IMG/VR virus record: IMGVR_UViG_3300018471_000072
Origin: a virus
Taxonomy: Duplodnaviria; Heunggongvirae; Uroviricota; Caudoviricetes
Length of the DNA stretch: 5,346 bases
Direction: 5' to 3' (one strand)
In this document: positions 1 through 5,346 of the stretch, in pieces
How positions within the stretch are numbered: position 1 is the first letter of the stretch
How the letters are laid out: every line of letters begins with the position of its first letter
Notes under the pieces: model-generated
The model's database searches: none
What the model was told of the DNA's origin: nothing
The model's input: only the letters and a program-made list of their open reading frames with translations
Made by a program: the position numbers and the translations under genes

Positions 1-37
1 ATCTACACTCTTTCCCTACACGACGCTCTTCCGATCT
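1..37 (+). other. Synthetic Illumina TruSeq universal adapter (3' portion), untrimmed at contig end; not biological sequence
   Basis: Bases 1-37 (ATCTACACTCTTTCCCTACACGACGCTCTTCCGATCT) match, base for base, the 3' end of the TruSeq universal adapter as I recall it. Phage-like coding sequence begins immediately after, at 38. Confidence 0.9.
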
Positions 38-39
38 CT

Positions 40-300
40 CAAAAACTTAAAAATCAGGTAACCGAAGGTAAGCTCATCGATTCAGACTTCTGCGTTTTCG
101 CCCTCAGCAAGCTGGCGATGGCATTGTCCAGTACGCTTGATTCTATTCCGTTATCCATGCAGCGACAGTTCCCGGATTTAACGCCACGTCATATTGACCA
201 TCTGAAAACCCTTATTGCGAAGGGCGCAAATCAGTGTGCGCGGGCAGGGGATAAATTACCGGATTTGCTGGATGAATATATCAGAGCAACAACTGAATAA
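40..300 (+). CDS. nu1: Terminase small subunit, C-terminal part only (5'-truncated by the contig/adapter boundary); lambda Nu1-like
   Basis: Frame 1 is open from the adapter junction to TAA at 298-300. The translation (...DFCVFALSKLAMALSSTLDSIPLSMQRQFPDLTPRHIDHLK...KLPDLLDEYIRATTE) aligns with the C-terminal third of lambda Nu1 as I recall it. The ORF-track start at ATG 118 is an internal Met, not the true start. The 3' end overlaps the start of the terminase large subunit, as in lambda. Confidence 0.8.
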   Translation, partial: QKLKNQVTEGKLIDSDFCVFALSKLAMALSSTLDSIPLSMQRQFPDLTPRHIDHLKTLIAKGANQCARAGDKLPDLLDEYIRATTE

Positions 301-2200
301 TATGATGGCTGCCGTTTCGGTTGCGCTGCAGCCTCTGGTCAGGGTTGTACCAATGACGGCAGTTGAATGGGCTGATCAAAATTATTATCTGCCTAAAGAA
401 TCCTCATACGGTGACGGCGAATGGAAAACGCTGCCGTTCCAGATCGCCATCATGAACAGTATGGGGAATGATCAGATCCGCACTGTTAATCTGATTAAAT
501 CTGCCCGTGTTGGCTATACAAAGATGTTGCTGGGGGTGGTCGGGTATTTTATTGAGCATAAATCCCGAAACAGTCTGCTTTTTCAGCCCACGGATTCTGC
601 CGCTGAAGATTTTATGAAGTCTCACGTGGAGACGACGATTAGGGACGTGCCATGCCTGAAAGACCTTTCCCCATGGCTGGGTCGTAAACATAGTGATAAT
701 ACCCTCACGCTGAAACGCTTTTCATCGGGCGTCGGTTTCTGGTGCCTGGGCGGCGCTGCCGCCAAAAACTACCGTGAAAAATCCGTGGACGTGGTCTGCT
801 ATGACGAACTTTCCTCGTTCGAACCGGATGTTGAAAAAGAGGGTTCGCCAACCCTGCTGGGGGATAAACGTATTGAGGGCTCTGTATGGCCAAAATCCAT
901 TCGCGGCTCGACGCCTAAAATCAAAGGCTCCTGCCAGATCGAAAAAGCCGCTAACGAGTCGGCACATTTCATGCGTTTTTATGTGCCCTGTCCGCACTGT
1001 GGGGAGGAGCAGTATCTGAAATTTGGCGATGAGTCCACGCCTTTTGGGCTTAAATGGGAGAAGGGAAGTCCCGAAAGTGTTTTCTACCTCTGTGAACATC
1101 ATGGCTGCGTGATCCATCAGTCTGAGCCTGACCAGAGCAACGGGCGCTGGATCTGTGAAAACACGGGGATGTGGACCCGTGACGGCCTGATGTTTTTCAG
1201 CGCCCGGGGTGATGAAATTCCGCCGCCGCGCTCCATCACTTTCCATATCTGGACGGCGTACAGTCCGTTCACCACCTGGGTACAGATAGTCTATGACTGG
1301 CTGGATGCACTGAAAGATCCCAACGGCCTGAAAACCTTTGTGAACACCACGCTGGGCGAGACCTGGGAAGAGGCTGTGGGCGAAAAACTCGATCACCAGG
1401 TACTGATGGATAAGGTTGTGCGTTACACGGCGGCGGTGCCTGCCCGGGTGGTTTATCTGACGGCGGGCATTGACTCGCAGCGAAACCGTTTTGAGATGTA
1501 TGTCTGGGGATGGGCTCCGGGAGAGGAAGCCTTTCTGGTGGATAAAATCATCATTATGGGGCGTCCCGATGAGGAAGAGACGCTGTTACGTGTGGATGCG
1601 GCGATCAACAAAAAATACTGCCATGCAGATGGAACCGAAATGACCATTTCCCGTGTCTGCTGGGACACCGGGGGGATCGATGGCGAAATCGTTTATCAGA
1701 GGTCAAAAAAACACGGTGTTTTCCGGGTGCTGCCGGTAAAAGGTGCATCTGTTTATGGCAAGCCGGTGATCACCATGCCAAAAACCCGCAATCAGCGGGG
1801 CGTGTATCTGTGCGAAGTGGGGACGGACACCGCAAAAGAAATTCTCTATGCCCGTATGAAAGCCGATCCCACGCCTGTGGATGAGGCCACGTCGTATGCC
1901 ATCCGTTTTCCTGATGATCCGGAGATTTTTTCGCAGACAGAGGCGCAGCAACTGGTCGCGGAAGAGCTTGTGGAGAAGTGGGAAAAAGGAAAGATGCGTC
2001 TGCTGTGGGATAACAAAAAGCGGCGTAACGAAGCGCTGGACTGCCTGGTGTATGCCTACGCGGCATTACGTGTGTCCGTGCAACGCTGGCAGCTTGATCT
2101 GGCTGTACTGGCAAAATCCCGGGAAGAAGAGACGACCCGGCCAACCCTTAAAGAACTGGCAGCGAAGCTGTCCGGAGGAGTGAATGGTTACAGTCGCTGA
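272..2200 (+). CDS. A: Terminase large subunit (ATPase/endonuclease), lambda gpA-like, 642 aa
   Basis: From ATG 272 the protein starts MNISEQQL..., where lambda gpA starts MNIS..., and similarity runs along the full length (TAVEWADQNYYLPKES, KSARVGYTKMLLG, GFWCLGG.AKNYREKSVDVVCYDE, GDKRIEGSVWPKSIRGSTPK, CPHCGEEQYLKFGD, HIWTAYSPFTTWVQIV, TFVNTTLGETWE, YLTAGIDSQ, KKRRNEALDC). The ORF-track start at TTG 215 is just the first in-frame start after a stop; homology supports ATG 272. Stop TGA at 2198-2200. Confidence 0.95.
   Translation: MNISEQQLNNMMAAVSVALQPLVRVVPMTAVEWADQNYYLPKESSYGDGEWKTLPFQIAIMNSMGNDQIRTVNLIKSARVGYTKMLLGVVGYFIEHKSRNSLLFQPTDSAAEDFMKSHVETTIRDVPCLKDLSPWLGRKHSDNTLTLKRFSSGVGFWCLGGAAAKNYREKSVDVVCYDELSSFEPDVEKEGSPTLLGDKRIEGSVWPKSIRGSTPKIKGSCQIEKAANESAHFMRFYVPCPHCGEEQYLKFGDESTPFGLKWEKGSPESVFYLCEHHGCVIHQSEPDQSNGRWICENTGMWTRDGLMFFSARGDEIPPPRSITFHIWTAYSPFTTWVQIVYDWLDALKDPNGLKTFVNTTLGETWEEAVGEKLDHQVLMDKVVRYTAAVPARVVYLTAGIDSQRNRFEMYVWGWAPGEEAFLVDKIIIMGRPDEEETLLRVDAAINKKYCHADGTEMTISRVCWDTGGIDGEIVYQRSKKHGVFRVLPVKGASVYGKPVITMPKTRNQRGVYLCEVGTDTAKEILYARMKADPTPVDEATSYAIRFPDDPEIFSQTEAQQLVAEELVEKWEKGKMRLLWDNKKRRNEALDCLVYAYAALRVSVQRWQLDLAVLAKSREEETTRPTLKELAAKLSGGVNGYSR
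2174..2180 (+). promoter_or_regulatory. Shine-Dalgarno sequence for the gpW-like gene, lying inside the 3' end of the terminase gene
   Basis: GGAGGAG, 3 nt upstream of ATG 2184. Confidence 0.6.
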
Positions 2201-2390
2201 ACTGCAGGCGCTGCGTCAGGCGCGCCTTGATTTATTAACCGGTAAACGGGTGGTGTCTGTCCAGAAAGATGGTCGCAGAATTGAATATACGGCGGCTTCT
2301 CTGGATGAGCTTAACCGGGCGATCAATGATGCGGAGTCGGTACTGGGGACAACCCGACGTCGCCGTCGTCCGCTGGGAGTGAGGTTATGA
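2184..2390 (+). CDS. W: Head completion / head-tail joining protein, lambda gpW-like, 68 aa
   Basis: 68 aa, the same length as lambda gpW, with clear similarity (LTGKRVVSVQKDGRRIEYTAAS; lambda has [22 protein letters not shown]). GGAGGAG at 2174-2180 sits 3 nt upstream of the ATG. It overlaps the end of the terminase gene by 17 nt and the portal start by ATGA. Confidence 0.85.
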   Translation: MVTVAELQALRQARLDLLTGKRVVSVQKDGRRIEYTAASLDELNRAINDAESVLGTTRRRRRPLGVRL

Positions 2391-3979
2391 AACGAACGCC
2401 TGTCCTGATTGATGTGAACGGCGTTCCGCTTCGGGAGAGCCTCAGCTACCACGGGGGCGGTGCAGGATTTGGCGGGCAAATGGCGGAGTGGTTGCCACCG
2501 GCGCAGAGTGCCGATGCGGCCCTGCTGCCCGCGTTGCGTCTGGGGAATGCCCGTGCAGATGATCTGGTACGCAATAACGGGATAGCGGCTAATGCGGTGG
2601 CCCTGCATAAGGATCATATTGTCGGGCATATGTTTCTGATCAGCTACCGTCCGAACTGGCGCTGGCTGGGGATGCGGGAGACTGCGGCAAAAAGTTTTGT
2701 CGATGAGGTGGAGGCGGCCTGGTCGGAATACGCAGAAGGGATGTCTGGCGAGATCGACGTGGAAGGGAAACGCACGTTTACGGAATTTATCCGTGAAGGT
2801 GTGGGCGTTCATGCGTTTAACGGCGAAATCTTTGTGCAGCCTGTCTGGGACACGGAGAGCACGCAGCTGTTTCGTACGCGTTTTAAAGCCGTGAGTCCGG
2901 AACGGGTGGACACGCCAGGACACGGTATGGGGAACCGTTTTCTGCGGGCCGGGGTGGAGGTCGATCGGCATGGCCGTGCAGTTGCGTACCATATCTGTGA
3001 GGATGATTTTCCGTTCTCTGGGAGTGGACGATGGGAACGGATCCCGCGTGAACTTCCCACCGGGCGCCCGGCCATGCTGCATATTTTCGAGCCGGTGGAG
3101 GACGGGCAGACCCGTGGGGCTAATCAGTTTTACAGCGTCATGGAACGGCTGAAGATGCTCGATTCCCTGCAGGCAACACAGCTTCAGTCGGCCATTGTCA
3201 AGGCAATGTATGCAGCGACGATTGAAAGTGACCTTGATACCGAAAAGGCCTTTGAATATATCGCGGGGGCACCGCAGGGTCAGAAGGATAATCCGCTCAT
3301 TAATATTCTGGAGAAGTTCTCCACCTGGTATGACACGAATAGCGTGACGCTGGGTGGTGTCAAAATTCCGCACCTTTTCCCCGGGGATGATCTGAAACTG
3401 CAGACCGCGCAGGATTCAGACAATGGATTTTCTGCGCTTGAACAGGCGCTGCTGCGGTATATCGCCGCCGGTCTTGGCGTTTCCTACGAACAGTTGTCCC
3501 GTGACTACTCGAAGGTCAGTTACTCAAGTGCCCGCGCCTCCGCCAATGAGTCGTGGCGCTATTTTATGGGGCGGCGAAAATTTATTGCGGCCCGGCTGGC
3601 CACGCAGATGTTTTCCTGCTGGCTGGAAGAGGCACTTCTTCGGGGGATTATTCGTCCGCCACGGGCGCGTTTTGATTTTTATCAGGCGCGTTCAGCCTGG
3701 TCACGGGCCGAGTGGATTGGTGCCGGAAGAATGGCCATTGACGGGCTCAAGGAAGTCCAGGAATCGGTGATGCGTATTGATTCCGGACTGAGCACGTATG
3801 AGAAAGAGCTGGCGCTGATGGGTGAGGATTATCAGGACATTTTCCGCCAGCAGGTCAGGGAATCCGCAGAGCGGGAAAAGGCCGGACTCTCACGTCCGGT
3901 GTGGATAGCACAGGCGTATCAGCAGCAGATAGCGGAGAGCCGCAGGCCGGAAGAGGAGACAACACCACGTGAGACGTAA
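2387..3979 (+). CDS. B: Portal protein, lambda gpB-like, 530 aa
   Basis: Similarity to lambda gpB (533 aa) along the whole length (YHGGGAGFGGQ, GNARADDLVRNNG.AANA, TWDT, FEPVEDGQTRGANQFYSVME, LQSAIVKAMYAATIES, LLRYIAAGLGVSYEQLSR, SYSSARASANESW.YFMGRRKF, WIGAGRMAIDGLKEVQE, GLSTYEKE). ATG 2387 overlaps the gpW stop; stop TAA at 3977-3979. Confidence 0.95.
   Translation: MKRTPVLIDVNGVPLRESLSYHGGGAGFGGQMAEWLPPAQSADAALLPALRLGNARADDLVRNNGIAANAVALHKDHIVGHMFLISYRPNWRWLGMRETAAKSFVDEVEAAWSEYAEGMSGEIDVEGKRTFTEFIREGVGVHAFNGEIFVQPVWDTESTQLFRTRFKAVSPERVDTPGHGMGNRFLRAGVEVDRHGRAVAYHICEDDFPFSGSGRWERIPRELPTGRPAMLHIFEPVEDGQTRGANQFYSVMERLKMLDSLQATQLQSAIVKAMYAATIESDLDTEKAFEYIAGAPQGQKDNPLINILEKFSTWYDTNSVTLGGVKIPHLFPGDDLKLQTAQDSDNGFSALEQALLRYIAAGLGVSYEQLSRDYSKVSYSSARASANESWRYFMGRRKFIAARLATQMFSCWLEEALLRGIIRPPRARFDFYQARSAWSRAEWIGAGRMAIDGLKEVQESVMRIDSGLSTYEKELALMGEDYQDIFRQQVRESAEREKAGLSRPVWIAQAYQQQIAESRRPEEETTPRET
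3954..3958 (+). promoter_or_regulatory. Shine-Dalgarno sequence for the gpC-like gene, lying inside the 3' end of the portal gene
   Basis: AGGAG, 10 nt upstream of GTG 3969, which is the first start codon in the open frame. Confidence 0.5.
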
Positions 3980-5346
3980 TCTTTCACACATTATTGCCGC
4001 AGCATTCAATGAACCGCTGCTTCTGGAGCCCGCCTATGCGCGGGTTTTCTTTTGCGCGCTCGGGCGCGAGATGGGGGCAGCAAGTCTTTCGGTACCACAA
4101 CAACAGGTACAGCTTGATGCTCCCGGAATGCTGGCTGAAACGGACGAGTATATGGCCGGAGGTAAACGACCGGCCCGTGTTTACCGGGTGGTGAACGGTA
4201 TTGCTGTACTGCCGGTGACCGGCACGCTGGTGCACCGTCTGGGTGGTATGCGGCCATTTTCCGGAATGACAGGCTATGACGGCATTGTCGCCTGTCTTCA
4301 GCAGGCAATGGCGGATAGCCAGGTGCGTGGCGTACTGCTGGACATTGACAGTCCGGGCGGGCAGGCCGCCGGCGCGTTTGACTGCGCTGACATGATTTAC
4401 CGCCTCCGTCAGCAGAAGCCGGTCTGGGCACTGTGCAATGACACGGCCTGTTCTGCAGCCATGCTGCTGGCGTCGGCCTGCTCCCGACGGCTGGTTACCC
4501 AGACATCCCGTATCGGCTCCATTGGCGTGATGATGAGCCATGTCAGCTATGCCGGTCATCTGGCGCAGGCCGGTGTGGATATCACGCTGATTTACGCCGG
4601 GGCGCATAAGGTGGATGGCAATCAGTTTGAAGCGTTGCCGGCAGAAGTTCGCCAGGACATGCAGCAGCGGATTGATGCGGCACACCGGATGTTTGCCGAA
4701 AAAGTGGCGATGTATACCGGTCTGTCTGTTGATGCCGTCACGGGAACAGAGGCCGCCGTTTTTGAAGGTCAGTACGGCATTGATGCCGGGCTGGCGGATG
4801 AATTAGTCAATGCGTCGGATGCCATCAGTGTGATGGCCACGGCGCTGAACAGTAATGTCAGAGGAGGCACTATGCCGCAATTAACTGCAACGGAAGCCGC
4901 CGCGCAGGAGAACCAGCGAGTGATGGGGATCCTGACATGCCAGGAAGCGAAAGGACGTGAACAGCTTGCCACGATGCTGGCAGGACAACAGGGCATGAGC
5001 GTTGAACAGGCCCGGGCGATTCTGTCCGCGGCAGCACCACAGCAACCGGTGGCATCCTCGCAGAGTGAAGCCGATCGCATTATGGCGTGTGAAGAGGCTA
5101 AAGGTCGTGAACAACTGGCGGCAACGCTGGCGGCGATGCCGGAGATGACGGTGGAAAAAGCCCGCCCGATCCTGGCTGCTTCACCGCAGGCGGATGCCGG
5201 ACCCTCACTCCGTGATCAGATCATGGCACTGGATGAGGCAAAAGGGGCTGAGGCGCAGGCTGAACAGCTGGCTGCCTGCCCGGGAATGACAGTGGAGAGC
5301 GCCCGGGCTGTGCTGGCTGCGGGATCAGGTAAGGCAGAACAGATCG
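3969..5346 (+). CDS. C: Prohead protease / scaffold protein, lambda gpC-like (S49/ClpP-like serine protease family), 3'-incomplete (runs off the window end)
   Basis: Frame 3 is open from the TAG at 3930-3932 to the window end. The first start codon is GTG 3969, preceded by AGGAG at 3954-3958 with a 10-nt spacer. The translation (MRRNLSHIIAAAFNEPLLLEPAYARVFFCAL...VVNGIAVLPVTGTL...FSGMTGYDGIV...LLDIDSPGG.AAGAFDCAD...KPVWALCNDTACSAAMLLASA.SRRLVTQTSRIGSIGVMM...GLADELVN.SDAI) aligns with lambda gpC. It is absent from the ORF track only because no stop codon falls inside the window. Confidence 0.9.
   Translation, partial: MRRNLSHIIAAAFNEPLLLEPAYARVFFCALGREMGAASLSVPQQQVQLDAPGMLAETDEYMAGGKRPARVYRVVNGIAVLPVTGTLVHRLGGMRPFSGMTGYDGIVACLQQAMADSQVRGVLLDIDSPGGQAAGAFDCADMIYRLRQQKPVWALCNDTACSAAMLLASACSRRLVTQTSRIGSIGVMMSHVSYAGHLAQAGVDITLIYAGAHKVDGNQFEALPAEVRQDMQQRIDAAHRMFAEKVAMYTGLSVDAVTGTEAAVFEGQYGIDAGLADELVNASDAISVMATALNSNVRGGTMPQLTATEAAAQENQRVMGILTCQEAKGREQLATMLAGQQGMSVEQARAILSAAAPQQPVASSQSEADRIMACEEAKGREQLAATLAAMPEMTVEKARPILAASPQADAGPSLRDQIMALDEAKGAEAQAEQLAACPGMTVESARAVLAAGSGKAEQI
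4861..4867 (+). promoter_or_regulatory. Internal Shine-Dalgarno sequence for the putative nested scaffold start
   Basis: GAGGAGG, 4 nt upstream of in-frame ATG 4872, inside the gpC-like reading frame. Confidence 0.5.
4872..5346 (+). CDS. Possible nested in-frame scaffold protein (lambda Nu3-like), translated from an internal start in the gpC-like frame; 3'-incomplete
   Basis: In-frame ATG at 4872 is preceded by a strong Shine-Dalgarno GAGGAGG (4861-4867) with a 4-nt spacer. Its position after the protease domain matches where lambda Nu3 initiates inside gene C (lambda ...SGGRMTKETQ..., here ...VRGGTMPQLTA...). Inference by analogy, no expression evidence. Confidence 0.45.
   Translation, partial: MPQLTATEAAAQENQRVMGILTCQEAKGREQLATMLAGQQGMSVEQARAILSAAAPQQPVASSQSEADRIMACEEAKGREQLAATLAAMPEMTVEKARPILAASPQADAGPSLRDQIMALDEAKGAEAQAEQLAACPGMTVESARAVLAAGSGKAEQI
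4908..5346 (+). repeat. Three tandem in-frame copies of a ~47-53 aa motif in the scaffold (C-terminal) region of the gpC-like protein; diverged at the DNA level
   Basis: Translated copies: (1) ENQRVMGILTCQEAKGREQLATMLAGQQGMSVEQARAILSAAAPQQ, (2) EADRIMACEEAKGREQLAATLAAMPEMTVEKARPILAASPQAD, (3) RDQIMALDEAKGAEAQAEQLAACPGMTVESARAVLAAGSG. The IM codons lie at 4920-4925, 5079-5084 and 5220-5225, giving spacings of 159 and 141 nt. The third copy reaches the window edge. Confidence 0.65.

Noticed and set aside
1-37. Possibility that the adapter junction marks a real phage DNA end (cos or pac terminus)
   Set aside because: Adapters are ligated to every fragment end in a TruSeq library, so an adapter at a contig end carries no terminus information. 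In lambda-like phages cos lies upstream of nu1, not inside it.
215-271. TTG at 215 proposed by the ORF track as the terminase large subunit start
   Set aside because: It is only the first in-frame start after a stop. The lambda gpA N-terminus (MNIS...) aligns with ATG 272, and the extra 19 residues have no counterpart.
118-300. 60-aa ORF treated as a complete small gene
   Set aside because: The frame is open upstream to the adapter junction and the translation aligns with the C-terminal part of lambda Nu1, so this is a fragment of a truncated gene, not a small standalone protein.
722-1396. 224-aa minus-strand ORF, plus smaller minus-strand ORFs at 404..691, 705..893, 1453..1668, 1703..1951 and 1770..2144
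   Set aside because: All are antisense to the well-supported terminase large subunit gene and show no recognisable motifs. They are most likely shadow ORFs.
2216-3373. 385-aa ORF on the minus strand
   Set aside because: Lies entirely antisense to the portal gene, which has strong full-length homology to lambda gpB. The translation is Arg/Pro/His-rich and low-complexity, typical of a shadow ORF in GC-rich coding DNA, and I recognise no homolog.
3984-4685. 233-aa minus-strand ORF, plus minus-strand ORFs at 4006..4431, 4769..5080, 4870..5055 and 4881..5114
   Set aside because: Antisense to the gpC-like protease/scaffold gene. Compositionally biased (Arg/Ala/Pro/Cys-rich) translations, with no start-site signals I could see.
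774-4806. Small + strand ORFs in alternative frames (774..1019, 1881..2183, 2697..2894, 2970..3152, 3423..3770, 3994..4194, 4615..4806)
   Set aside because: Each lies inside a well-supported gene in another frame. Translations are basic and low-complexity with no recognisable similarity; I see no evidence for overlapping genes beyond the known lambda-style arrangement.
1-5346. Search for a defence system, toxin-antitoxin, CRISPR array, tRNA or mobile-element cargo
   Set aside because: The window is filled end to end by five syntenic head-morphogenesis genes with overlapping junctions. There is no intergenic space, no direct-repeat/spacer pattern and no unassigned ORF that could host such a system.

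Overview
The window is almost entirely coding on the + strand and is the DNA-packaging / procapsid-assembly module of a lambda-like tailed phage or prophage, in the same gene order as phage lambda. It holds the 3' end of a terminase small subunit (Nu1-like, 5'-truncated), terminase large subunit (gpA-like, 272..2200), head completion protein (gpW-like, 2184..2390), portal protein (gpB-like, 2387..3979) and the first ~459 codons of a prohead protease/scaffold gene (gpC/Nu3-like, 3969..>5346). The last gene is open at the window end and so is missing from the ORF track. All four gene junctions overlap. The first 37 nt are an Illumina TruSeq adapter, not biological sequence. I do not see a novel or undescribed system here. 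The points worth a second look are the adapter artifact, a three-copy tandem repeat of a ~50-aa motif in the scaffold region, and a nested in-frame start with a strong ribosome-binding site. All minus-strand ORFs look like antisense shadow ORFs. Homology statements rest on my recollection of the lambda proteins, not on a database search.
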